NCBI RefSeq assembly: GCF_009834535.1
Contig: NC_045707.1
Span: 46,440,001 to 46,504,000 of the forward strand
Source: Camelus ferus
Lineage: Eukaryota
Reading direction: 5' to 3'
Length of the DNA stretch: 64,000 bases
Shown here: piece by piece, positions 12,725 to 24,355 of the stretch
How positions within the stretch are numbered: position 1 is the first letter of the stretch
How the letters are laid out: every line of letters begins with the position of its first letter
Made by a program: the position numbers and the translations under genes
The notes under the pieces: model-generated
Seen by the model: only the letters and a program-made list of their open reading frames with translations
Database searches by the model: none
Told to the model about the DNA's origin: nothing

Positions 12725-13490
12725 CCCTCGCCCCCCGTTTTGGTAGTAATTTTGACCAAAGGTTGACCAAGGTTGGGAAAGCATGTCATGACCTGGAATG
12801 CTCATTCCCACATCAGGTGAGAATTTCCTTGACAGGCCACTCAATGTACCAGTGCTGGCCGAGGTAGGGCCTGTTAACAGTAGCCAAAAGCCCCTGGATT
12901 GTCTGTCCTTCTAGTCTGTTATGGTCCAGGAAATGGTTCCCTCCTGATGCTTCTTCCCATATCTAGAATTAAACTGTTACAATCATTGATACTTGGTCTT
13001 TCAAGTCACTTAGTCATCATCATTTTTATTGGAGGCTCAGTCAAGAAACAGTAATCCTGTAAAACAGGCAGACTACAAGTAATATAGCTAGTAACATTAA
13101 TAAAGTCTTAAGTACTTAAGCTAAGAACTTCCACTGGATGCAGCCCAGCATCTCTCTAGGCTGTCTGACTACTCTGTTCTGCACCAGTTGCTGTCTTTAA
13201 GGGAAACAATACATTGGCATTGTACCTAAAGCTCACCAAAGACGTCTGTATGTATAAGGTGAGCAATGGGTCATCGGGAAGCCTTACAGAATTGAGAAAG
13301 GAATGTTGTCTTCTCAGGAGTTACAGGGCTTGTGCCAGGAGAAAAACTGACCTTGATGGTTCAGCAGGTTTTCCTGCCACTGGTTAATGCGTGATGCAGA
13401 TGCACAGTGTACACTAGAGGGGAGGGAGGAGGTCCCAACAGCCAGGAAAGAATTTTGTTTAAGGCAAGACAAGAAAAATTTAAAGTATGA
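12725..13490 (-). mobile_element. ERV internal remnant (polypurine tract and degenerate env 3' end)
   Basis: PPT-like aaaacggggggcgaggg abuts the LTR. The - strand at ~13041-13106 reads TLLMLLAILLVVCLFYRITVS*, like an Env transmembrane anchor. Far boundary uncertain. Confidence 0.55.
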
Positions 13491-13669
13491 ATTTTCATTG
13501 TATCACTACTCTAGGAAGATAGGTTATTCAAGCCATTGATACATTTACAAATGTACTGGGGATGTTGGCCCTGCCATTAACTCGCCTATCAATGGCCTGA
13601 TGAATTATTTTGAAGGATGCCTAGACTGAGATAATTTTTCACATCAAGTTTAAGCAGAACCCACAAATC

Positions 13670-14700
13670 ATGCCATCATTCATTCAATAAAGATTCATTT
13701 AGCCAGGCACTGAATGAAGAAGACCAACCAGTACCTGCCCTTAAGAAGCTTACAATCTAGCAGAGAAGACAGACTTACACAGTGCTTATTAAGATACCAG
13801 TCATTAGTAGCAGGGTGTAGAGCAAAGAATAGTTAGACATATTATCTTAACCAAGACCTATAACCTCTCAGAACATCCAATTTCCTCATCTATAAAATGA
13901 GAGTAATAACTACTTTATGTGGTTCATGAGAGGGGTAGCTGAAATATGCCAAGAACATAGTAATCAATAAAACAGCCATTTTTTTTTACTATGAATAAAT
14001 AACCATTTAAGCATCTTTCAGCATAATGCATGGTAGAAAGAACATTACTGGTCAGAGAAACTGTGGGATATACATCAGGGGAACATTAACTGCTGAGTCT
14101 CCTATAGTTTCTGGTATACATTAGGAAAGGGTGTGTGTTGAATGAATGAATAGGGTTTTATTGGACAGAGGGGTTATGAGACAGGAAAGGGGGTGGGGAA
14201 ACAAGCCCAGGGTAAATCTCGGGAAACTAAAAGGCAAAGCATAGAAGGTATATGGACTGTGTCAGAAAACAGAACTGGAGCTCAGTCAGGAAAGGCCATG
14301 TGGCACTGGGAAGATTTTATCTGGTAGGTGCTGGGCGTATTTACAGTGTTTAAGCAGGAGCCCAACAAATCAGATTTATGTTTTAGAAAGATAACCTGAG
14401 ATACAGTGAAAGAGGGGAGGACAGCAGGGGCCAGGGCACCAGTTAGGAGGCAGTCATCCCAGTGGAGAAGGGAGAGGGTAGGGGAATGAGAAAAAAAGGG
14501 ACAGACATGAGTAGTAACCAGTGGGGGACAAACCAGTGGGGGACAGAGTTTGGAGGAGATGAACACAGAGGAATCTCCCTTGAGAGAATAGGTGATGCTC
14601 GGAAAATAAAAGTAAAAAACAGGTTTGTTTTGCAAAAATGGGGGTGGTAGTAAATTTGGATTTAGACTAGGAGCCTGAGGTACCTGTGAAATGTCTATCA
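13670..14700. mobile_element. L2 and MIR fragments
   Basis: L2 hallmarks (cattcattcaataaa, tgttgaatgaatgaat, cagatttatgttttagaaagataacc) and a MIR piece (tttcctcatctataaaatgagagtaata). Confidence 0.6.
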
Positions 14701-15149
14701 CACTTCATTCCAGGCACCCTGAACATCCTTCCACCACTGCCTAGTGGGGAAAGGTTTTCTAAATCCATTAGGTACAGATACTGCTCACTTTAATATATTT
14801 CAGAGTATGTGAATAAAACTCAAAGTTTCCTCTATATTATCATCTTTCTTTGCTTTTTAGGGCTTTTGCTCAGCAAAGAAAACCATAGGAAAAACAATAG
14901 TGATGTTTTGATTAAACTGACAAACAGAACACGTAAGAAATCTCAGGCAAGATTTTCTTCCCCATAAGAAATTTGTTAGATTCAAATAGACTCTTAGGTA
15001 TATTCATATGGAATTACTTGAGGCAAATTTCAGTAATTTCATAGTTCATTAGTGTGTGTAGAATGTTTTCCTAGGAAACAATTTATACTTTGTGCTAAAG
15101 GTTTTCACAGGCAGAGTTCTACCATAGGGTGGGGATAATCTATTTTGGT

Positions 15150-16760
15150 TTTCACTTGTTCTGTTGTGTCATTTAGTATCTCCATTGTCTTATTTTCTGT
15201 CTGGAAGACCTGTCCAGTGATGTTAAAGGTTGGTATTTTTAAGACATTACACCCCCAGAATATACATTCAAGTGCTTATGGAACACTCTCTAGGATAGAC
15301 CACATACTCAGGCACAAAAGAAGCCTCAACAAATTTAAGAGGACAGAAAGTATTTCAAGCATCTTCTCTGACCACAATAGCATGAAACTAGAAATCAACC
15401 ACAGAAAAAAACAAATTAGAAAAAAAAAAAAAACAGCATGGAGGCTAAGCAACACGCTACTAAAAAAAACACTGGGTCAGCAATGAGCTTAAAGAAGAAA
15501 TTTAAAAATACCTTGAGACAAATGACAATGAAAATACAACCACACAAAATCTATGAGATGCAGCAAAAACAGTCCTAAGAGGGATGTTCATAGCAATACA
15601 GGCCTTCCTCAAAAAAGAACAACAATCTCAAATAAACAACCTAACCTACCACCTAAAAGAATTAGAAGAACAAACAAAACCAAGTCAGCAGAAGGAAAGA
15701 AATAATAGAGATTTTTAAAAATATAAAAAAAAAAATCAAACCAAGAACTGTTTTTATGAGAGTAAACAAAATTGACAAGCCTCTGGCCAGGCTCATCAAG
15801 AAGAAAAGGACACAAAGAAAATGGAGAGATTACAACTAATGCCACAGAAATACAAAAAATCATAAAAGAATACTATGAACTATATGGGAACAAATTAGAC
15901 AACTTAGAAGAAATGGACAGGTTTCTAGGAACATACAGTCCACCAAAATGGAATCAAGAGGAAATTGGTCTGTTCAAATGATCTATCACTAGAAATAACA
16001 ATAAAAAGCCTCCCTGCAAAGAAGAGCTCATACCAATCCTCAAACTCTTCCAAAAGATTGAAGAGGAGGGAACACTCCCAAACTCATTCTGTGAAGCCAC
16101 CATCACCCTAAGACCAAAGCCAAAGACACTACCAAAAATTAGACTTACCACATGATCCAGCATTCCCACTCCTGGACATGTTATCTGGGGGGAACCTTAA
16201 TTCAAAAAGATACATGCATCCCAATGTTCACAACAGCACTATTTACAAGAGCGAAGACATGGAACCAACCTAAATGTCCAATGACAGATGACTAGAGAAA
16301 GAAGTTGTGGTATATTTATACGATGGAATACTACTCAGCCATAAAAATGACAACATAATGCCATTTGTAGCAATATGAATAGACCTGGGGAATGTCATTC
16401 TAAGTGAAGCCAGAAAGAGAGAGAAAAATACCATATGATGTCACTCATGTAGAATCTTAAATGACAAACTTATTTACAAAACAAACAGACTCAGAAAACA
16501 AATGTATGGCTTTACCAGGGTGGGAAGGGATAAACTGGGAGTTCCATATTTGCAGATACTAATACATATAAAGTAGATTAAAAAACAAGTTTATACTGTA
16601 TAGCACAGGGAACTATATTCAATATACTGTAGTAACTTATGGTGGAAAAGAATATGAAAAAGAATATATGTAGGTTCATGTATGACTGAAGCATTGTGCT
16701 GTACACCAGAAACTGACAACATTCTAAACTGAGTATACTTCAAAAAAAAATATATATATA
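15150..16760 (+). mobile_element. 5'-truncated, 5'-inverted, internally deleted LINE-1 with a cetartiodactyl-type 3'UTR
   Basis: Endonuclease-region peptide (HSSAYGTLSRIDHILRHKRSLNKFK...SIFSDHNSMKLEIN) and [19 protein letters not shown]. It then jumps to the ORF2 end and 3'UTR (tatagcacagggaactatattcaata) with an A-tail at 16742-16750. Confidence 0.88.
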
Positions 16761-16911
16761 TAAATAGGAATAAGATTTTAAAGAAAAGCAGGTTTTCAGG
16801 GACCGTCATCTTTTTAGCTGCTGTGGTTTATTATTTGAATATTTATAAGGAAGGTAGAATGCTTCAGACTCATAGGAGTACATACAGGAGATACTAAAAG
16901 CTGGGCCTTAC

Positions 16912-17059
16912 CTTCCCAAGTTGCTGCTCCGTGAGAGAAAACGCATCCATGAATGCCTGGGCAATCACTGACAAGCAGCCATCTATGTGTGGCGTCTTCT
17001 TAATGTCAAAGACAAACTGAGGGTTCTTCAGGATGTTTACCCAGAAGCGAAGAGGAAGG
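16912..17059 (-). CDS. PLXNC1: Plexin C1 exon 28 (GAP domain, SLPLRFW motif)
   Basis: gaacag|C CTT...AAG|gtaagg, 148 nt. Encodes (S)[49 protein letters not shown]. Confidence 0.96.
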
Positions 17060-17329
17060 CTGTTCCGAGAGAGAGGAATCTCTTTTCAAATACTGCCATT
17101 CATATGAGGCAGATGCTCTGTTTATCGCAGTTTGTAAACGGGTGTTTTTGTCCTTGTTACTGAAATATACAAGTCTGCTTTGCCAAATATACCCAGCAAC
17201 AGATGGCAGCATCACTCAGAACGAGAAAGGGTTAAACTGTCAGAGCAACTGAAGGGGGAACTGGAGGAGAAGTCTGAAAGTGGCTGTTGACAAGACAAGA
17301 ATTTTCTCCACACAGGTCCAGGTGATACC

Positions 17330-17880
17330 AGATAATGGTTACCAGTGAGGACGTCTCATCAGCTTTCCAGAACCTACCTCTTGTCACCCACCTCGGTGCC
17401 GTCCCCTGGCCTAAGCCACCATCATCTCTCACCTGGACTATGACCCCAGCTCCCAACAGTTAATTGCAACCACCAGCAATCCTAACAGAATCCGATGCTG
17501 TCCCTCTGGCTCTCCATCCCTCTCTGGATAAAACCCCTGCATGATCTACTCTTCATCTTACTCGTTCCAGCTCCACCAGCCTCTCCGCTATTCTGTGTGC
17601 ATACCAGGCCAGATTGTGCCTCAGAACTCTTTGCTTTTGTCCATCTTCTTGAAACTGTTTTGGTTTATACTCTTTCAAGACCTGACCACCCTGTCCTTGT
17701 CACTTTCTATCCTTTTTCCCCCCTCCTTGCACTGCACTGATCACCTTCTGATACACTACCATTTACCAATTAAAATCCAAGCTCTGTGAGAACATGGATT
17801 TCTGTTTAGTTTATTACTGCATCTCCAGCACCTAACGATACTTGGCACACAGCACTCAAATAAATATCTGAATATGAATG
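17330..17880. mobile_element. L2 LINE 3' fragment
   Basis: ccaccatcatctctcacctggactat ... actgcatctccagcacctaac...cttggcacacagcactcaaataaatat...tgaatg. Confidence 0.65.
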
Positions 17881-18682
17881 TGGGAGTCAGTCCTTCCATT
17901 TGCTTTCTTCTCAGCTCTGGCTTAGCTAATTACCTCCATCATATGGGCTCTGGGCCTCTCAGTAGCTCTGGAACTTTAGCTTTTAGTACATACTTAAAAC
18001 AGTCTGGCTAACCTTAATGCTGAGAAGGGCTTGCGCCTACACTGGGAAGTTCTATTACATTGTAATTCTGAGTCTTACTCAGCTCATGCACAAAGTATTG
18101 CAGTTAGAGGTAATGAGCTGTTTCTTTACTAAGGAGAAATTTAGAATAAATTTGGATGCCTTGCCTCAGCTTAAGGTAAAGTTAAAAAAAAAAACCCAAC
18201 CCTTTGACTAATTCTTATGGTATCTGAGTACTGCATTTGATCAAATAAAAGCAGACATTTCTATACAGAATCAGAGTGTAGAAAGATAGCTTGGAAACTG
18301 CAAAGTGATTAATTCTCTGAGGGACAAATTTAAGAGCCTTCTCTAATGGAAAATTGTATGCTAAAAACCACAAAATGTTAATTTCTCATCTTTTGCTATT
18401 CAAGCTAAACTTGTTTGAACATTCCATACAAAGTCTTTTTTATGCATTAAAGATAATGGAGTTTGTTTATTTTGTCCTAAAGAATAGAATTCTCAGCACA
18501 GGAATGGTTTTGTTTATTGCTTAAAAATAGTAATAAAGCCAGAAACTGCTTTGACATGATAGCTTACCAAGCCAAAAAATTCTGATGGAGGGATAAATGA
18601 ATCCTCCATAACTATGCCCTTCTTCTAGACTGTCCCCAGATTCTTGAGGAGAGTCACTAACCCCCTACCGTTTTGTTCCCAC

Positions 18683-18846
18683 CTGTTTGTTTTCCAAATA
18701 TGTACGACATCAGGGTCTGTGATCTTTTTGCTTTCAGCCTGGGCATCCAAAAAGTCAAAAAAGTACTTTATAGCAAACGGGGCTCTGCTGTTGGGTAAAC
18801 TCCAAATGCTTCTAAAGAGTTTTTCAAGCACAGAGTGAATTGCCAC
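18683..18846 (-). CDS. PLXNC1: Plexin C1 exon 27
   Basis: tttcag|GTG...AAC AG|gtggga, 164 nt. Encodes VAIHSVLEKLFRSIWSLPNSRAPFAIKYFFDFLDAQAESKKITDPDVVHIWKTN. Confidence 0.96.
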
Positions 18847-20006
18847 CTGAAAGACAGAGAACATCAGACTTGGAAGATTAAAAAATAGGGTAGTGGTTTT
18901 GAAAACATGAAAAACGAAATCCAAGTCCAGAGATAATGATGTACAAAATGGAGAAAAACAAGCCGAAGACTAAGTGTGTAAAATTGTCAAATGAGGCCAA
19001 CACTCACAGTATAAGACAAAGGTCCTGAAAATCCACACAGGTTTAGATTTGGTCATAAGCTTCTTGCTGATAACACTGTTCAGTCAATAGGAGGCTATCT
19101 CAGACATCTCTAGCAGTTGAAATGTCAGTTGTAGGGCTGTATACATAAACCAAGAAGCCACGGATGTTTGGCTTTTATTAGTTATGTTCAGCCTGGAAAA
19201 ACTCAAGGGATGGTGCTTGGTTCCCAGAATATTTCCTATTACATATATTTACATCACAGGCTTTTACTGTGTACTTTCCAAAGCATTTGAGCGTTTTACA
19301 AAAACCAAACAGGCAGAGCTCTGTGGGATAGATGAGAAAATCAAGAGGCTCTGGCTGCCCTCCACACACTAAACGAATCAACCACGCTCTAAGCAGATGC
19401 TCTGCTGTAATCTGAAGACGCATGCTCATCAGGAGACCTGGGCCAGGTACAGATAACAGCATTTATGTTGCTTGTCATTTTGGGGGTGGGGGGTGGGGAA
19501 GGATCACCACAGACTTCTGTTAATCCCACTAAAAGCCAGATAAAGTAAAATTTGCTCCTGATTTGGTATTCCACTGGCTTTCACATCTGACACTTTTATA
19601 TATGAACAGAATTCTTAGCTCTAAAATGACCTCCTGCCACCCTCCCCCCTTCACTTTATTTGCAATTCAAAGAGGGAGTTTTATTGCTCATCTATAATAA
19701 CAAGTAAACAAAAAGGAATAATTACGCTATGAACCTGAAAAGTAACAATAGGGCAATGGTGGGTAAAGGGATTGAGAACAATATTAAATCTCTGATTGCA
19801 GATGCTACAGTAGGAATTGTAAAGTGCTTTATCTTTGCAGTTTATAAAAGAAGGGGGTAGGAAGTGTTTACAATTTAAACTTTCATTTTGCTTTGCTAGA
19901 AGGCACAGGGGATTTGTAACATTTTCACACTTCAGTGGAAATTAAGTCAAACACATCATACACCCCCAAGGTAGCCGTAAAAGCGGTCCCAGAACAGTAA
20001 GTGTAC

Positions 20007-20114
20007 CTTGGTCGACAGCAGCTTTGTCAGATACATTTCTTTTACTTTGAACTTGTGCTTCCCTCGATGTCTCTTTCCTTGTACATCTTGGAATGCTTCC
20101 GAATCTGGTAAAAT
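20007..20114 (-). CDS. PLXNC1: Plexin C1 exon 26
   Basis: ctttag|ATT...AAG|gtacac, 108 nt. Encodes ILPDSEAFQDVQGKRHRGKHKFKVKEMYLTKLLSTK. Confidence 0.95.
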
Positions 20115-20210
20115 CTAAAGGGATGACAAAGTAGCAGCGTTACCCAAGGAGACTGTTTGTGATACGGAAGGCATCCGATGCAGCTGGAGCACAAGAAAGC
20201 CTGAACTCAC

Positions 20211-20242
20211 CAAATGGCAGTGGTCTTCTGAGTATTCCACAT
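20211..20242 (-). CDS. PLXNC1: Plexin C1 exon 25 (32-nt micro-exon)
   Basis: gttcag|AT GTG...TTG|gtgagt. Encodes (D)VEYSEDHCHL. Its phases bridge exons 24 and 26 exactly. Confidence 0.92.
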
Positions 20243-20529
20243 CTGAACACCACAGAAAGAGGGAGAGAAAATAATCCGTTAAAAAAAACAACTACAGGCT
20301 AATTGGCCTTCTCATAAAATGCCCCGTTTGTGCTATAAACAGAAGAGGTTACTTGAGCTCTTCATAGCTACACCCCTCCCCCCGAGCCCCACAATGTGTC
20401 TTAAGCCCTTAAGAACAGTGTAAAGACTGGGTGGGCCAGGGATTGGAGTGGGAAGCAGGTTCCCCATCGCTGGAAGTGTTAAAACAGAGGCTGAATGACC
20501 ACTTGAGGGTGGGAAAGGAAAGGTTCAGG

Positions 20530-21600
20530 TCTCACTCATTTAACAAATAGACCTGGAGCCCCTGCTGTGTGCCAGGGGCTACCAGGCTAACAGCAAAGTA
20601 AGACAGACGTAGCTCCTGTCCTAAAGGAATTCATATCCTAGCCAGTGAAATTCATACTAATTACACGTTTGATTAATATCCATGTGGTAAGGATTGTAGA
20701 GAAGAATTACATGCTGAGAAAGTAACAAGGGAACAACTTAGCCTGGGAGGGTCTCAGAGGGATGTTGGAGCTGAACCGAAATGAATAGATGGTGAGCCAG
20801 GCAAATGGGGGAGGGGAATGGGTGCAAAGGCCCTGAGGTGCGAAGGAATGCGACCCCTTCTAGGATCAGAGAGAAGGGCAACAAGGTGGAGGTCAGAGCA
20901 AGTGGGAGAGCAGCACAGAGTAAGGACAGTCTGGGAAGAAACACAGCTGTTGGAGGAGCGGTAAGTGCAGGGAAGGGAGGAAGGCACTGGCTTTTTGTTT
21001 TGAAGATGAGACTAGGATATCTTGACATGCAAATGGAAGGTGGAGGAACACCAAATGCAGGTGAGAGAAGAGCTGATAGGTGGTATAAATGCTCAGAAGG
21101 CCAGAAAGGACGGCGTGATCCAGAGCACAGGTGAGAGGCCTTGGGAGGAAGGGCAACCCTGGCCTGTGGAGGAGCGAGGAAGAGGGACCGGGCAGGTGCA
21201 GGGGGGGTGGGAGTTTTGGTGCCGGCTGCTGAGGGAATTCTGATTTGTTTTCTCTGTGGAAAACTGAGTGAAGTCATCTGCTGATATGGGGAGCTGTGGG
21301 GTCAGAGCTCTGAGGAGACATGGTGGGATTATGGGGAACACAGGGTGAGGCCTGGAGAAGCAGGGTGGTTACACTGAGGGCCCTGGTCGAGTCAGTCAGC
21401 ATGAATTTATAACGACTCCAACTGTGCTGCGGGGCTTTCTGCCGCGACTACCTGGCTATAGGTTCAGGGAAGGCTAGTGGTTAGGTTCATCCAGGGCTGG
21501 GATTTTGACGGGGTGATGAAAGGACAGAGGGGCAAGGGTTTTAGAGCAGTAGAAGGAGAATGATCAAAATGATGGCTCTCGGCTGGACAGGGCAGGGAGG
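20530..21600. mobile_element. L2 LINE fragment(s)
   Basis: cactcatttaacaaatag...ctgtgtgccagg, gtgcaaaggccctgaggtg and purine-rich L2-type text. Confidence 0.6.
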
Positions 21601-21905
21601 AAGCAGAGGTATTGATTGCCTCGGGGTCGCATAAAGAGATCCAAATACAAGATCTCCAGATAACAAGTTCTCAAAAGGCCAGTCTCTGAAGCTTAAAACA
21701 CACAGCTTTCCCACTTACTACAGCACAAGGATATCAGTCCTCCGAGGCCAGAATGACAGCCACCCTCTGTGAGATGGCTTCTCTCACACTACAGCCTGAT
21801 GTACGGATGCTGGGGTCCCCCAAAGGGTGTCCAACAACCTACTAAGTTATCCTGTTTAATAGGGAGCCCTACGCCCCCCGTTTGCACTCACCAGGTGTTG
21901 GGACC

Positions 21906-21984
21906 GGGGGGGGGGGGGGTGGGGTGCGCGCGTGCGTGCGTGCGTATGTGTGTGTGTGTGCGCGCGCGCGCGCGCGCACGTACA
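21906..21984. repeat. G14 run followed by a compound (GC)/(GT) alternating purine-pyrimidine repeat
   Basis: G run 21906-21919. Uninterrupted R/Y alternation 21924-21984, including (CG)8 at 21961-21976. Confidence 0.95.
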
Positions 21985-22604
21985 GGCCCTGTCAGTGAGG
22001 CCCAGAACCTTTCTGAGAGCTGAGAACTGACTGTCTTAGCTCAAGGATCATTTCTCTGGAGACAAACCTTGAATGGATTTAGGGGTTTTCTCAAGGCACT
22101 GTCACGGTGTTTTCCTGCCCCGAGGCTAACGGAGGTAGAAGAGAGTTTAAAGACTGGCTTGTTAACTTTCCCACAAAAGACCCCTCTGTACTTGGCCTAT
22201 CACTAGGAGATTTGGGCTAAGTGAGTTATCTTATTTGTTCAGAGCTTGCAGGGCTGTGTGATAATCTGCAGCTTCCTTCAGTTTGCCAGCAGGATCCCCT
22301 CTGTTAGCCCCATCCTACCTAAGAGATGGAATAGTTACAACGGCTAAGATCCTGCCCTGAGTTTAGGGCTGTTACTGACAGTAACTTCCTCAGGGCGGGG
22401 CGGGCAGCCCTGGGCACCCACTGTTTACAGCTTCCTGTCCTCTTTGCAGGGCTCATGTTCTTAGGGCCAGAAACAGAAACGACTTTGCTCTCAGAGAATC
22501 ACATGACAACAGCTCCACCTCATCTTTGTGACAATACATCTGAGAGAGCAAAAAGCGGTACTTTATAAAGCTGGGTGAGAACAAAAGGTTAACACGTCAG
22601 TTAC

Positions 22605-22659
22605 CTGAAGTAAAATTTGCTATCTTCTTAAAGACTTTTATAGTAGATCCATTTGATAT
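22605..22659 (-). CDS. PLXNC1: Plexin C1 exon 24 (RBD region)
   Basis: tttcag|ATA...TCA G|gtaact, 55 nt. Encodes ISNGSTIKVFKKIANFTS. Confidence 0.94.
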
Positions 22660-23149
22660 CTGAAAGCAAAGATAAAGAATAGATGAGTTTTCAAAATTTA
22701 ATGTATTTCTCAACTTCACCCGGGAATTTGATGGCTGGATGGATCTTACATTCTCTCTTATTCAATGAAATATTTATCAAGAGTTCCTATGTTCCAGGCA
22801 TTGGAGGCTGGGATGCTAATGATGAGCAAGACACTGTCTCTGCCCTCAAGGAGCCCACGGTCCTGTGAAGGAGGTAAATCAGGCCATGAGATACAGTAAG
22901 GCAAGTGCTGGAAGGTGGAGGCCAGGATGCTGTGGGACCAATGGGAGGTGGGCCAGCCCTGGACCAGGGGAGGACTCAGCTGTGCTGGGATGCACCAAAG
23001 CCTCTCAGAAATTAGGAGATGCTTGGGCTACTTGCATTTTTTGATGTTCCTACTATATTAAGAAATGCTGAAACAAGTTTTCAAAATCTGGCCAATAAAG
23101 TTGGTGTCTCCCCTATCACAGAGCAATTTCATATCTAGGCAAATTAATA

Positions 23150-24355
23150 AATAAATAAATGTACATATCCTGAAAGTACACTTTGTAAATGCCCCATACT
23201 GCAACCAACCCAAATAGCCATCAACATTAGAATGAATAATTTGGGGTATGATAAAAAATGAAAATGAGCAAATTAATTCTCCATGCCACATGGATGAACC
23301 TCAGAGATAATGTTAAATGAAGCCTGACAAAATGGAATGCTGTGTGATTCCATTCACATAAAGCTAAAAACAAACAAACAAAACACTCAAAACTATGACT
23401 TAGATGTTTGGAGAGAGAAGGTGGGCAGTGATTAGGACAGTCCAGGAGGGGTGCTCTATTTCTTGATCCGAGTAGAAGTTACAAGATATGCTCACTTTGT
23501 GATAATTCATCTAGCAGTACACTTGAAATTCTTCTCTTTTCTGCAGGTATTTCATATTTTTTAAAAAGAAGCTTTTAATAAAAAAATTTAAAATTTAAAC
23601 ATGTCTTACAAGAAAGTACTTAACATTCACTAATAGTAAGTGTGCAGCTCAAGAATGTTTACTTACATGAATATCTGTGTAACCACCACCCACATCAAGG
23701 TATAAAATTATATTTCAGGGTCCTGAGAAGTACCCTAGATACGCCTTCTCAATCATTAACCACCCCAGCCTCATACAAAGGTAATCACTTTTCTGATTTC
23801 CATCTCCACTGATTAGTTTTATCTGTTCCTGTACTTCAAATAAATGGAATCATTCAGCACACTCGTGTCTACCTCCTTAGGTCAGTTACCAGGTCTGCAG
23901 TGTTTATCCACACTGTTGCAGCTACCAGCAGTTCCTCCTTTTTAAATTACTATGCATTATTCTATTATATGAATATACAAAGACTGCCATATGATAAAAG
24001 GAAAGAATTACTGACACATGCTGCAACATGAATGAACCTCAAAAACAATTTAAGTGAAAGAAACCACTCACAAAAGATCATATATTGTACAATCCCATTT
24101 AAATAATTTGTCCAGAATAGGCAAATTTATACAAACAGAAGGCGGATTACTAGTTGCCTAAAACATGGTGAAGAAATAAAGTGACTCTTAATGAGTTCAA
24201 GGTTTCTATCTGGGGTGACAAAAATGTTCTAAAATTAAATGTGATGATGATTACACAACTTTGCAAATGTTCCAAAAACCACTGAATTGTATACTTTAAG
24301 AAGGTGACCTCTGTGGCATATAAATTATATCTCAATAGAGCTGTTAAAAAAATTG
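23150..24355. mobile_element. Cluster of old LINE-1 3' fragments (L1ME/L1MB-like), mixed orientation
   Basis: catggatgaacctcagagataatgttaaatga; an antisense piece at ~23600-23980; and caacatgaatgaacctcaaaaac...aattatatctcaatagagctgtt at ~23985-24350. Confidence 0.7.

Noticed and set aside
15145..16169. ORFs with endonuclease-like peptides as an active retrotransposon gene
   Set aside because: They are fragments of a truncated L1 ORF2 with stops, frameshifts and no RT domain.
20738..21341. Stack of overlapping ORFs up to 179 aa
   Set aside because: They fall in a degenerate purine-rich L2 element, are low-complexity, resemble no protein I recognise and have no supporting splice structure.
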